Assembly (NCBI GenBank): GCA_025453715.1
Contig: JALOPT010000012.1
Location: 1-31,723 of the forward strand
Source: Methanoregulaceae archaeon
GTDB taxonomy: Archaea; Halobacteriota; Methanomicrobia; Methanomicrobiales; Methanospirillaceae
Direction: 5' to 3'
Length of the DNA: 31,723 bases
Below, piece after piece: positions 17,593 through 27,094 of the stretch. Position 1 is the first letter of the stretch; each line of letters starts with the position of its first letter. The notes beneath the pieces are model-generated. The model worked only from the letters and a program-made list of their open reading frames with translations. It had not been told where the DNA came from and searched no databases. The translations under genes and the position numbers were made by a program.

Positions 17593-17629
17593 TTGGGGGC
17601 ATTGCCCCCGCCGCTGCGGCAGCCCCCAA
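17593..17629. repeat. GC-rich REP-like palindromic element
   Basis: TTGGGGGC...GCCCCCAA perfect 8-bp arms enclosing GGGGC-ATT-GCCCC and GCCGC-T-GCGGC, inside an otherwise AT-rich spacer between convergent genes. Confidence 0.6.
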
Positions 17630-17769
17630 CTGGGATCGTTCCTGGACTGTTGAAATGTCTCAAAATGACAGGAATTACCTAAACCTGATACACTTCTTTC
17701 CTGATTTAGCGAACAATAATGTATTGCAGTGGTTAAAACTGATGAATCACCAAAAAAAAAGGATATTGT

Positions 17770-18363
17770 TCAGAATTTTAATTGTGACAATGCATGGTAG
17801 ACCATCTTCCGGTATGCAACCGGGTCAATATGGTATTTTTCGATTGCATGCGCTGAATCGGGGCCCGGAGTTGGATTATCCAGGCGATCTAACGTGGCCT
17901 TTGCCGTGTCGAGGACCCAGCAGTCCCTGATCTCGCGGTCGACAATCGTGATGGACTCTGCCCTGACCGAAACGAGGACCGTGCCATCCGGGGTCTCGTA
18001 TATCGTCGGTTTCCCAACAACTGCGACGAATGCAGGTGGTTCTATCCGGGCCATCTGCTGCATCGCCTCAGGCTGGTAACTTCCGGCAACAACGAAGAAG
18101 GTACCGGTCGGGTCAACAATCCGTGCCCGGTAAAACATGTTCTGTTCCCCCTGGCGTTTCTTTTCCGTCATTGATCCGACAAGGAATACCCTGTTACACC
18201 TCTCCCCGGTAGGCAGGAGGACATAGGAAGGACTCTTTTCATCAGTCCCGTCACGGAACTGCTCCCTGATCTCGCGGAGCTCACCAGCGAATACCCTCTT
18301 GGCCGGTTCACGTTCGAACATGGTCTCCCGTTTTGGAAAACCTCCGGCTGATGGCGTACTCAT
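17770..18363 (-). CDS. RPA-associated OB-fold protein
   Basis: REPAKRVFAGEL, LPTGERCNRVFLVG, RIVDPTGTF motifs; ATGA overlap with rpa. Confidence 0.88.
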   Translation of the reverse strand: MSTPSAGGFPKRETMFEREPAKRVFAGELREIREQFRDGTDEKSPSYVLLPTGERCNRVFLVGSMTEKKRQGEQNMFYRARIVDPTGTFFVVAGSYQPEAMQQMARIEPPAFVAVVGKPTIYETPDGTVLVSVRAESITIVDREIRDCWVLDTAKATLDRLDNPTPGPDSAHAIEKYHIDPVAYRKMVYHALSQLKF

Positions 18364-19589
18364 GAAACCTCGCCTCCCGTGCGGTTTAATAATTCAGCAA
18401 GCAGCATTGGATCGAAATGGATGCGCTCACAGGAATTGACGATCATTCGCCGGTCGATCTCTCTCCCCTCGCACTTCAGGTAGCGGCCCAGGATCTTTTC
18501 TCTCATGCGCAAAAATACCTCATCCATACCGAGCGGGTTGTTCTCTGCGAGTTCCTTCGATTCTTCAAGGGTCATACCCGTGAGTGACTCCACGACCTCA
18601 CGTTGTACCAGCACCTCTTCCGTGCGGGCCCCGTTATCCAGCCAGCCCTTGATCCGGAGGTCGTAGTTAAATTTCGGTTGCATTTCATGGACCGGGCAGT
18701 AATTCTGCCGGGATAACACCCGGTTACACCCCTCGACCGTGCACCGTTTTATCAGCCCTGAACCTGGTGCAATATGCACCAGTGACCCCTGGAATGCAGC
18801 TGTACCTGAAGAAACGGCAATATCTCCTTCTTCAGCGACAATGTTCGCCGTATTCATGTTCAGGGAGTAACGTCCGTTAAACTCGTCAACCAGGGCGTAA
18901 TAAATATTATACACGCTGCCCGGGGTAAGGCGTTCTTTTCCCTCTTCTTTCCAGGTGACAAATTTTACTGTCCCTGTCTCATCGCCAAGAAGCCCGGACT
19001 GGAGCATCCGGTCATGGGTTACGTCCCATTCCTGGATCATCTTAGCACGGACACTGGCGACACCCGCCGTCAGTTCGGCGATTGGCATCATAACGGGGAT
19101 TAAAACCCCGTCATCTTCAAGTTCTTTCACGGTTGTTCCGGAATGAACTTTAAGGCTGAGAGCACCCTTGAATTCATCTACCACAGCGGACTCAAATCGG
19201 TACCATGAGTCCTTCCTGATCTCCGGGACTGATGCTTTCGACCAGATCACAAACCTGATTGCTCCTGAAGCGTCTGCGATGATCCCGGAATAGGCGATCG
19301 ATGGTGAAGGTGAATGGCCAAGCGCGACGACCTTCCCCTCGATCGTGACCCATTCCTCCGGGCTGACCGAGTTGATCTGTTTCTTATCCACAGGACCGGC
19401 GCCACCACCAAGGGGGATGCCATAATCACGCGCAATATCATACAATACCGTCCGCTCGGCATCGGCCGGCTGGACCCCGAACTCCTCAATAAGGCGGCGC
19501 AGTTTCTGTTCAATCTTTGATTTATCTGCCGCATGTCCTTTTGACTCAATTTTTTGGGAGATTCTGTCAACAATCTGGGAAATATCCAT
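18360..19589 (-). CDS. rpa: Replication protein A (multi-OB with zinc finger)
   Basis: OB folds (GIIADASGAIRF, GLLGDETGTVKF), Zn finger CTVEGC...YCPVH and DLRIKGWLDNG. Confidence 0.93.
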   Translation of the reverse strand: MDISQIVDRISQKIESKGHAADKSKIEQKLRRLIEEFGVQPADAERTVLYDIARDYGIPLGGGAGPVDKKQINSVSPEEWVTIEGKVVALGHSPSPSIAYSGIIADASGAIRFVIWSKASVPEIRKDSWYRFESAVVDEFKGALSLKVHSGTTVKELEDDGVLIPVMMPIAELTAGVASVRAKMIQEWDVTHDRMLQSGLLGDETGTVKFVTWKEEGKERLTPGSVYNIYYALVDEFNGRYSLNMNTANIVAEEGDIAVSSGTAAFQGSLVHIAPGSGLIKRCTVEGCNRVLSRQNYCPVHEMQPKFNYDLRIKGWLDNGARTEEVLVQREVVESLTGMTLEESKELAENNPLGMDEVFLRMREKILGRYLKCEGREIDRRMIVNSCERIHFDPMLLAELLNRTGGEVS

Positions 19590-19733
19590 TTTACATCTCC
19601 AGTTACATGTTCACCCGGAATGGCATATTAATGGTGGTCGGATGCGCAGGGTGAAACTAATCCGTCTAACCATCGTGAAGGTTACCCGGTTACCAAGTAC
19701 AGGTTTAAGTACCGGAATAGTGAATAGTACCCC

Positions 19734-19925
19734 ATGACAATAACAGCAGATAGCACCATCTATGATCTTCTAAAAGCCAAACCAGAATCATCCGAGGTTT
19801 TATTTAAGTTTGGAATGGGGTGCGTGGGATGTGCGATAGCCCGCGGGGAAACGATCCGTGAAGCAGCCGAGGCCCATGGTGTCCCGCTGGACGAGCTCGT
19901 CGCAGCACTCGGGATATCAGCATAA
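19734..19925 (+). CDS. DUF1858 domain protein (hybrid-cluster-associated redox disulfide domain)
   Basis: FGMGCVGC...ETIREAAEAHG..LDEL signature; TTTAAG about 25 nt upstream. Confidence 0.92.
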   Translation: MTITADSTIYDLLKAKPESSEVLFKFGMGCVGCAIARGETIREAAEAHGVPLDELVAALGISA

Positions 19926-19933
19926 ACCCGGTT

Positions 19934-20797
19934 TTATTCTGTTTTTCCGATTTTTTTCAATTCTTCAAGCGAGGCTTCCGGGTGACGCTGAAGGTAATCT
20001 GCATGTTGTGGTGTATGGAGCAGTGTGCACCGGCTGCAGTTCCAGACCGTCCCTCCGTGTGAACCGTTTACCCACTGGCCAAGTGTCTCATCCCTGCAGG
20101 GATAGAACGGGCAATAACAGTAATCACACCTCTGACCGGGAAAATGACACGGGAAATACGGGCACTCCTCCGGACGCCACCGGACAAAATGGCCGCCCCC
20201 GAGCCTGGAGTACACATACAGTGCAGGGCCTGTCCCCTTAACGTTCTGTGCCAGTGCATGAGGAAGGCCGAACAGGACACACTCGGACACCCGCCACCCG
20301 GCTTCTGACTGAAGTCCTGCCTCCTGGTGAGCTGGTACTCCCTCCCCTGCAACAATGACATGGTCTTCTGAAGCAGCCGGGAATGGTAAGCCCGCGTCAA
20401 TAAGGGCCCGGGCTTTTGCACTCGTCACCGTTACGATCATCTGCAGGAGTGCATTCTCTGCAATTCCTTCACCCGAAAAAACAACTACCGTGATATGGTC
20501 AGGCTGAATTTCGTTACCGCTTGATGCGAGGATAAAGACGGTTATATAATCATACTGCAGAATGCAAAGGCGCCGGATATCATTCCCCGAAACGAGACCA
20601 AAAAAATCCCCGGGAAGGCCTTCACGTGCAACATGGAGCGTTATATCTCTGCAGGGGTCCCCGACTGGTTCAGGGGACTTCGCCGGGGAGGAGATCAAAA
20701 CGGTCGAAACAGGACGAAGTCCTCCGCACGGCCCGGTACTTGCAGCAGAAAATGAGCCCCTGATAAAAAGTGTGTCGCTCCTGATATAATATTTCAT
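19934..20797 (-). CDS. CbiZ (adenosylcobinamide amidohydrolase)-like domain, degenerate, fused to a Cys-rich small domain
   Basis: N-terminus (TLFIRG..AASTG..GG, CILQYDYITVF) resembles methanomicrobial CbiZ-like proteins as recalled; C-terminal CPYFPCH...CDYCYCPFYPC...CSRCTLLH Cys-rich domain. Confidence 0.8.
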   Translation of the reverse strand: MKYYIRSDTLFIRGSFSAASTGPCGGLRPVSTVLISSPAKSPEPVGDPCRDITLHVAREGLPGDFFGLVSGNDIRRLCILQYDYITVFILASSGNEIQPDHITVVVFSGEGIAENALLQMIVTVTSAKARALIDAGLPFPAASEDHVIVAGEGVPAHQEAGLQSEAGWRVSECVLFGLPHALAQNVKGTGPALYVYSRLGGGHFVRWRPEECPYFPCHFPGQRCDYCYCPFYPCRDETLGQWVNGSHGGTVWNCSRCTLLHTPQHADYLQRHPEASLEELKKIGKTE

Positions 20798-20815
20798 GAA
20801 AACCAGGTTTTTTGT

Positions 20816-21178
20816 TTATGCCACGGTATAACGGACCCGGTCCTTTAATTCCTGCTGCTTCCCGGCATTCCACCCGGAAACGTCCTGGAGGTACCCGGTG
20901 ACCCTGCTAATCTGGACAACATCATGGGAACCGCATTCCGGACATACGGCGGCATGGCAGAGTGGACAATAATCGATCCCTGAAAGGATCTCGTGGGAGC
21001 AGTGACAATGGTCAAGGGGGCACATAATCTCAAGGTGCTCTTCACCACATTTCGGGCATGGTGTCTCATCGACAATGAGGTGGCAGGTATGGCACTTGTA
21101 CCGCCGTTCGGCACTTGGAATATCTTCAAGGAGCTTGTACTTTTCTGCAATTTTTCTCTGGTCTGCGGTCCAATCCAT
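20816..21178 (-). CDS. Stand-alone NrdD-type glycyl-radical domain with extra zinc ribbons (120 aa)
   Basis: CPLC...[36 protein letters not shown] matches the class III RNR C-terminus; 11 Cys in total; own TATA (TTTAAA, 21202-21207) about 25 nt upstream. Confidence 0.88.
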   Translation of the reverse strand: MDWTADQRKIAEKYKLLEDIPSAERRYKCHTCHLIVDETPCPKCGEEHLEIMCPLDHCHCSHEILSGIDYCPLCHAAVCPECGSHDVVQISRVTGYLQDVSGWNAGKQQELKDRVRYTVA

Positions 21179-21284
21179 ACTATCAGATAGAATGCCATCC
21201 TTTTAAACTTTTAGACCGTTCAGGGAGAGTTTTCCGCCTCAGTAGACTCATAGGGTTCATCTTTTTGTCAGTCTTCCTTTCTCA

Positions 21285-21920
21285 TCACTGGCGGATCCCT
21301 GCAAACTGCGATGCAGCCTTTTCCGGATCTTCTGCCTCATAAATCGCACGGCCGATAATAACCCCGTCAACAATCCCTGCAATTGTTAAAAGGTCTCCGC
21401 CCTGAGCCCCCACGCCTGGGGAATAAATTTTGAGGTCCCCGATAAGTTCTTTCAGGGTAGCAATGCGCTCGGGCCTTGTTGCAGGGGCAATAATACCATC
21501 CGCGTCGCACTCCTTCGCAAGCACGGCAATTCTCTCGGCGATACCCCCGTGGAAAAAATCTGTGGCCCCGGGATGGCTCATCTCGGTCACCACGAAACAG
21601 TCGCCGCCGTATTCCCTTGCAACATCAACACACGCTGCGACAGAGTCGCGGCCGGTAAACCCCTGGCATATCAGCGCATCATACCCCGATGTAAATACTT
21701 CTTCTGCGATGAGCCTGCTGGTATTCGGGATGTCAGCTACTTTAAAATCTGCGATTAGCGGTAAATCGAAGTCCCCGAGATCGTCGGCTATTGAGATCCC
21801 TGCGGCGAGCACGAGTGGATACCCGATTTTAATCGCGTCAATATGCCGGGCGCATCGGGAAGCAATTGCCAGTGCATTCTCTTTAGTTGTAACATCTAGT
21901 GCGAGTATCAGTGAAGTCAT
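21285..21920 (-). CDS. pyrF: Orotidine-5'-phosphate decarboxylase
   Basis: LILALDV, IKIG, DFKVADIPNT, SPGVGAQGG and IIGRAIY motifs; ATGA overlap with dys. Confidence 0.97.
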   Translation of the reverse strand: MTSLILALDVTTKENALAIASRCARHIDAIKIGYPLVLAAGISIADDLGDFDLPLIADFKVADIPNTSRLIAEEVFTSGYDALICQGFTGRDSVAACVDVAREYGGDCFVVTEMSHPGATDFFHGGIAERIAVLAKECDADGIIAPATRPERIATLKELIGDLKIYSPGVGAQGGDLLTIAGIVDGVIIGRAIYEAEDPEKAASQFAGIRQ

Positions 21921-22852
21921 TGTTCGAGCCTCTCCAGCACTGCTGCGACCATGAAGGGGAGGAGGACTGTCGCATCGCCATAGACCGTCACAGCTGATGC
22001 CTCCTCGGTGATCTTGCCCCACGAGCGGGCCTCGTCAAGCGTGGCCCCCGAAAGGCCGCCAAGGTCCGGCCGGTCACCGGTCAACTGAACCGCATGGGAG
22101 AAACCGTTTTCGGTCATCAGCATGCTCTGCAGGATATAATTCTTCGGCACTCCACCACCGACCAGCACTGCCCCTGCTTTTTTTGCCATGAAACAGCGGT
22201 CGAGCAGCATCGGCATATCCTTAAACGCGTCCACGGTGACATGCCCTGTCTGGGAGAATAACCAGTACTGGAGGCCAATCATGGAGTCCTGGATTGCAGG
22301 GCAGAATACCGGGACTGATTTTTTTGCAGCGGTCGAAAGGATACCTGATCCAAGAGATGATCCGATGCGGGCAAGCAGCTCGCTTATTGAAATCGTGGAT
22401 CTTTCCGGGAGCCCCGAATAGATCCCCTGCATGAACTCTTCGAACTTTATAAACGCGTCATTCGGGAGGAAAACATCATAAATCCGGTTTATCTCCTCAT
22501 GTCTCAGTTCAACATCCGAGCATAGCGCATCACCGTGATAATGGCGGCACCCGATTGCTTCGATAATGTCGTGGGTGAGATTTGCACCGGTCGAGACAAG
22601 GACATCGATATGTCCCGCATCGATGAGGTCCCGTACGATCCCACCCATTCCGGCAGGTACCATCGCACCCGCGAGGCCGAAAAATTTCGTGACTTCGGGG
22701 TCCCGGAGCATCTTTTCGTAAATGCAGATGGCACGGTACAGCGCACCGCCGTTATATGCCCCAGCCCGCCCCATCTGTTCAGCGAGTTCTCCTACGGTCA
22801 TCCCTGCTTTCAGGCGAACCTGGCTGACCGGCACACGGCATTCGTGACTCAT
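21917..22852 (-). CDS. dys: Deoxyhypusine synthase
   Basis: GAMVPAGM, STGANLTHD, GGGVPKN, LSGATLDEARSWGK (active-site Lys); ATG 22852 follows GAGGTG. Confidence 0.95.
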   Translation of the reverse strand: MSHECRVPVSQVRLKAGMTVGELAEQMGRAGAYNGGALYRAICIYEKMLRDPEVTKFFGLAGAMVPAGMGGIVRDLIDAGHIDVLVSTGANLTHDIIEAIGCRHYHGDALCSDVELRHEEINRIYDVFLPNDAFIKFEEFMQGIYSGLPERSTISISELLARIGSSLGSGILSTAAKKSVPVFCPAIQDSMIGLQYWLFSQTGHVTVDAFKDMPMLLDRCFMAKKAGAVLVGGGVPKNYILQSMLMTENGFSHAVQLTGDRPDLGGLSGATLDEARSWGKITEEASAVTVYGDATVLLPFMVAAVLERLEQ

Positions 22853-22930
22853 GGGCACCTCATAAGGATGGTGAATTATTGATCGTGTCCAAGGATAACA
22901 CCTTCCCGGAAATGCCCGGCCTGCACTATA

Positions 22931-24145
22931 TCAGGGGCCCCGGCACAGGGGCTTTGCAAGGTGCCTGCGGGCGACCGGGGGGACTTCATACCATCCAGGC
23001 CGAATCGTCCGGTCGTGAAGGGTAACCTCCGGATCTTTTTGACGTGCCCCGCAGTTCCTGCATTTGTATCCCTTTTCATACCCTGCGCTCGTCATGCGGG
23101 CATTACAGGTAGGGCACAGGGGTGGCCGGATTGTCCTGGCTTCCGCAAGCGAAAGGATGCAGATTTTTTCGAGATTAATACTCCCGCCTTTGTAGCTCCC
23201 GGTTACTGACACCCGGTCGCCAGGCCACAAGGCACGAAGGACATTCCGGAACCCTTTTGTCGGTTCGTATGCCATGCAACGGATTCCCCTCCCCCCTCCA
23301 TCGAGATCTATCGAGACATGCCCGCCTCTTCCGGTTATTGCATGGGAGCATACCGTACAGGAAACCCGGTAGGATCGCCCTTCTGTAAGGGCCCCGGTAT
23401 CCCCCTCAATGAGGTGCGCATCGGTGCCCTGGTTCGTGACGAATATCTGTTCAACACCCGAAGGCTCTGAATTGACCTGCATCCTTGCAAGTGCAACCCA
23501 TGAAGGGCTTTCTCCACGGATCCCGAAAAGGACCGGGTCCGGGGTATGAGGGACACACACCACGGTATTATTTTCGACATCAACGGTGTCCCATGTATGG
23601 GGGAATGTTGACGCCTCTGCCTCAAAAAGGCTTTTCCGGTCGACAAATCTCGCAGTACCGAACGCATTGCCGCACCGGTAGGTCAGGTATTCAAATGTTC
23701 TGTCAGGGAGCACACTGCAGACCGCAGCGGTGGCCCCTATCAGCCCCCTGCCGTTTTTAAAGCCTTTGTAGCGGGCTCCGGCTCCCTCAAGGACTGTAAC
23801 CGCCTCTTTTATTGTACAGAAATCCCGCACTGCCTTCCAGTAGAATTCCGGTCCGGGGCTGTTCTCAACGACCACCACCCCCGGGTTGGTGTTTTCATCT
23901 GAAAAATGGGCAAGTTCAAAGACCAGCTCACAGGCAGTCTCAAACACGCGGTCAATATCCCCGCTGACATCCAGGCAGATCGCTGCGTTTCCCCGTGTCT
24001 TATAGATCACGTTCGGGTTCAGGCGGAGAAGCCTTGCCTCCCGTACCGTCATATGCATTTTTATCAGACGCCTTGCCAGCAGTGCCCCAAGGTAGGTGGT
24101 ACACATTCCGGAAGGTGAATCGGTATCGTCAATGCCGAGAAGCAT
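22931..24145 (-). CDS. tiaS: tRNA(Ile2) agmatinylcytidine synthetase
   Basis: GIDDTDSPSGMCTTY, NPNVIYKTRGN, FVTNQGTD, OB domain and CPTC...CRNC Zn ribbon. Confidence 0.96.
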   Translation of the reverse strand: MLLGIDDTDSPSGMCTTYLGALLARRLIKMHMTVREARLLRLNPNVIYKTRGNAAICLDVSGDIDRVFETACELVFELAHFSDENTNPGVVVVENSPGPEFYWKAVRDFCTIKEAVTVLEGAGARYKGFKNGRGLIGATAAVCSVLPDRTFEYLTYRCGNAFGTARFVDRKSLFEAEASTFPHTWDTVDVENNTVVCVPHTPDPVLFGIRGESPSWVALARMQVNSEPSGVEQIFVTNQGTDAHLIEGDTGALTEGRSYRVSCTVCSHAITGRGGHVSIDLDGGGRGIRCMAYEPTKGFRNVLRALWPGDRVSVTGSYKGGSINLEKICILSLAEARTIRPPLCPTCNARMTSAGYEKGYKCRNCGARQKDPEVTLHDRTIRPGWYEVPPVARRHLAKPLCRGP

Positions 24146-24197
24146 GCAAATAACCTATTATTTATTATATGACGTACTAAATCCATCCTAACGGTAT

Positions 24198-25112
24198 ATG
24201 ACACAGGACCGGCTCCTCCAGATGGTAATCAGCGTGATGATCACGGGAGGATATCTCGTCTCCGAACGGTTCAGCATGCGGCCGAGGAGTTTTGACCTCA
24301 TCGCGAGCAACGGGAAGATGACGCTCGCGATTAAAGTTGTGTCCCATATCGATAGTGTCAGCGAGGAGACCGCCTCTGACCTTGAGCTGGTCGCACGTCA
24401 TCTCAAGGGATCGGCAATAATTATTGGTGAACGTGCAAGGGATGCCGAACTTGAACGCGGGGCCGTATATCTCAGGTACGGGATCTATGCAATCAGCGTA
24501 TCAACTCTCTACGATTATGTGGTCGAGGCCATTCCTCCCCTGATATATGCATCACCCGGTGGCCTGTATGTGGCGATTAACGGCGATGCACTCCGGGAGC
24601 AGAGGGAAAGGCGGAGTATGTCACTCGGGGACCTCGGCCACCTTCTCGGGGTATCCCGGCGGACGATCAGCAAGTATGAAAGCGGGATGGGCACAACGCT
24701 CGAGGTAGCCCAGAAAATAGAGGAACTTTTTGACAGCGGCCTTGTGCAGTCCATTGACCTGCTGCGTCCCCACGCTGAATCAAAAGAACGGGTGGAACAT
24801 CCCGAAGAAGAAGTACCGATGAGCTTCCTTGAGCAGATCGGGATGACGCTGCATACCCTGCACCGGGCACCGTTCCAGGCCCTCATTACCTTCCATGACC
24901 ATACGATCCTGACCGGGTACGGGACTGCCGATCGCGTCGTAAAGCGCGCTGCACTGATCGGTAACATATCACAGGTGACCGGAACACGGGCCATGTGTGT
25001 CCTCACTGATTACTACAAACAGAAAAAAATCGGGAAAACACTTGTTATCGGTGAAGAACGCCTCCATCACATTGCCGACGGCGAAGAATTGATCGAAATG
25101 ATCGATAAGTGA
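24198..25112 (+). CDS. XRE-HTH putative transcriptional regulator (COG1395-like)
   Basis: Central [25 protein letters not shown]; RPRSFDL N-terminal motif; usual position between tiaS and the thermosome in Euryarchaeota. Confidence 0.9.
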   Translation: MTQDRLLQMVISVMITGGYLVSERFSMRPRSFDLIASNGKMTLAIKVVSHIDSVSEETASDLELVARHLKGSAIIIGERARDAELERGAVYLRYGIYAISVSTLYDYVVEAIPPLIYASPGGLYVAINGDALREQRERRSMSLGDLGHLLGVSRRTISKYESGMGTTLEVAQKIEELFDSGLVQSIDLLRPHAESKERVEHPEEEVPMSFLEQIGMTLHTLHRAPFQALITFHDHTILTGYGTADRVVKRAALIGNISQVTGTRAMCVLTDYYKQKKIGKTLVIGEERLHHIADGEELIEMIDK

Positions 25113-25117
25113 CAATA

Positions 25118-25128
25118 TTTATATAGAA
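25118..25128 (+). promoter_or_regulatory. Thermosome promoter TATA box (TTTATATAGAA)
   Basis: TTTATATAGAA 38 nt upstream of the ATG; the same core is recalled from predicted euryarchaeal heat-shock promoters. GGTGA RBS at 25157-25161. Confidence 0.65.
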
Positions 25129-25166
25129 CCACAAACCAACTTTTACCGCTCAAAGTGGTGAAAAAT

Positions 25167-26822
25167 ATGTCACAACAGCTTGGAGGACAACCGATTCTGA
25201 TTCTAAAAGAGGGTAGTTCACGTACCCGCGGCCGCGATGCCCAGGGCATGAACATTACTGCTGCCAAGGCAGTAGCAAGTGCAGTACGCACCACTCTCGG
25301 TCCAAAAGGAATGGACAAGATGCTCGTCGATACCATCGGGGATGTCGTCATCACCAATGACGGTGTGACCATTCTCAAAGAGATGGACATCGAGCACCCG
25401 GCAGCAAAGATGATGGTCGAGGTCGCGAAGACCCAGGATGACGAAGTCGGCGATGGGACAACCACCGCTGTCGTTATCGCAGGAGAACTCCTGAAACGTG
25501 CGGAAGACCTCCTTGAACAGGACGTCCACCCAACTGTTATTGCAGCAGGGTACCGCATGGCGGCCGAGAAGGCACAGGAGATCTTAAAAGAGATTGCAAT
25601 CACCATCAAGCCCGGTGACATTGCAATGCTCAAGAAGATCGCCGAGACCGCAATGACCGGAAAAGGCGCAGAGGCGTCGAAAGACAAGCTCTGTGACCTC
25701 GTCGTAAAAGCAGTCACCATGGTTGCAGACGCAGATGGCACGGTCGACACCGATTATATCAAGGTCGAAAAGAAAGTCGGCGGTTCAATCGATGACTCCG
25801 AAATTGTTGAGGGAGTCCTGATTGACAAGGAGAGGGTCCACCCTGCAATGCCAAAGAAGGTAACCAAGGCGAAAATCCTCCTCCTTAATGCAGCAGTCGA
25901 GTTCAAGAAGACCGAAGTCGATGCAGAGATCAATATTACAAGCCCGGACCAGCTCCAGGCATTCCTCGACGAAGAGGAACGGATGATCAAGAACATCGTC
26001 GACAAGATTGCAGCAAGTGGCGCAAATGTGCTCTTCTGCCAGAAGGGTATTGACGACATTGCACAGCACTACCTCTCGAAGGCAGGTATCTTTGCGGTAC
26101 GCCGTGTTAAGAAGAGCGACATGGAGAAGCTCGGCCGTGCAACCGGTGCAAACCTCGTCTCAAGTATCGATGCCATCTCCAAGGAAGAGCTCGGACATGC
26201 CGGTCTCGTCGAGGAGAAGAAGGTATCAGGCGAAGAGATGATCTTTGTCGAGCAGTGCAAGAACCCGAAGGCAGTATCGATCATTATCCGCGGTGGCACT
26301 GAGCATGTCGTCGACGAACTTGACCGTGCCATGGAAGATGCACTCCGCGTTGTCAGCGTCGTCGTTGAGGACGGAAAGTGCGTTGCCGGTGGCGGTGCAC
26401 CCGAGACAGAACTCTCGCTCCGTCTCCGTGAGTATGCAGCAAGCGTCGGTGGCCGTGCACAGCTCGCCATCGAGGCATTTGCAAATGCACTCGAGATCAT
26501 CCCGAGGACCCTTGCAGAGAATGCAGGGCTCGACCCGATCGACATGCTTGTCGAGATCCGTGCAGCCCACGAAAAGGGCAAGAAGACCTTCGGCCTCGAT
26601 GTGTTCGAAGGCAAGACCGTTGACATGCAGAAGGCCGGAGTCGTTGAGCCCCTGCGTGTAAAGACCCAGGCAATTGCCAGTGCTGCAGAAGCAGCCATCA
26701 TGATCCTCAGGATCGATGATGTAATCGCCTCATCCAAGTCTGCAGCCCCTGAAGGCATGCCCCCAGGTGGCATGGGTGGAATGGGCGGTATGGGTGACAT
26801 GGGCGGCATGGGCGACTATTAA
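25167..26822 (+). CDS. ths: Thermosome (group II chaperonin) subunit
   Basis: [24 protein letters not shown] motifs; GGM-repeat C-terminus. Confidence 0.99.
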   Translation: MSQQLGGQPILILKEGSSRTRGRDAQGMNITAAKAVASAVRTTLGPKGMDKMLVDTIGDVVITNDGVTILKEMDIEHPAAKMMVEVAKTQDDEVGDGTTTAVVIAGELLKRAEDLLEQDVHPTVIAAGYRMAAEKAQEILKEIAITIKPGDIAMLKKIAETAMTGKGAEASKDKLCDLVVKAVTMVADADGTVDTDYIKVEKKVGGSIDDSEIVEGVLIDKERVHPAMPKKVTKAKILLLNAAVEFKKTEVDAEINITSPDQLQAFLDEEERMIKNIVDKIAASGANVLFCQKGIDDIAQHYLSKAGIFAVRRVKKSDMEKLGRATGANLVSSIDAISKEELGHAGLVEEKKVSGEEMIFVEQCKNPKAVSIIIRGGTEHVVDELDRAMEDALRVVSVVVEDGKCVAGGGAPETELSLRLREYAASVGGRAQLAIEAFANALEIIPRTLAENAGLDPIDMLVEIRAAHEKGKKTFGLDVFEGKTVDMQKAGVVEPLRVKTQAIASAAEAAIMILRIDDVIASSKSAAPEGMPPGGMGGMGGMGDMGGMGDY

Positions 26823-26838
26823 TCCCTTCCCCAATCCG

Positions 26839-26846
26839 TTCTTTTT
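26839..26846 (+). terminator. Oligo-T terminator after the thermosome gene
   Basis: TTCTTTTT about 17 nt after the stop; archaeal terminators are typically oligo-T. Confidence 0.4.
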
Positions 26847-27094
26847 AATCCTGACTGTTACCGGTACAATTCCCGGGCTTTCTATTTTTAAAAATTATCT
26901 CTCTGTATCAATCCAAATGGATTGTCTGAATAGTTTCGCTCTGTTGATATCCTGTGAATATCAAAAAAGTCTGACCTCATTACCCTTTTATATAACACCC
27001 AATGAAGAATAATGGAATAAACTCAGAAACGTGATGCTGTCCGTGATCTCCATCGCAAAAGATATGTGCAGCCATATTGACAATGGGGTGTAAG

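Noticed and set aside
17738-17750. CTGATGA motif (hammerhead, fluoride riboswitch or C-box like)
   Set aside because: No partner GAAA core, no GGNGAUGG pseudoknot strand and no properly spaced D box.
17655-17930. 91-aa plus-strand ORF
   Set aside because: Overlaps the 3' end of the RPA-associated gene in antisense, runs through a poly-A terminator tract and has no motifs.
26069-26809. 246-aa antisense ORF, and similar long shadow ORFs (7908-8609, 11419-12204, 21430-21954, 4178-4633)
   Set aside because: They lie opposite well-conserved genes with biased codon usage, are Ser/Pro/Arg-rich and show no motifs.
26755-26817. 9-nt tandem repeat (GGCATGGGT-like)
   Set aside because: It encodes the ordinary GGM tail of the thermosome; not a CRISPR or mobile repeat.
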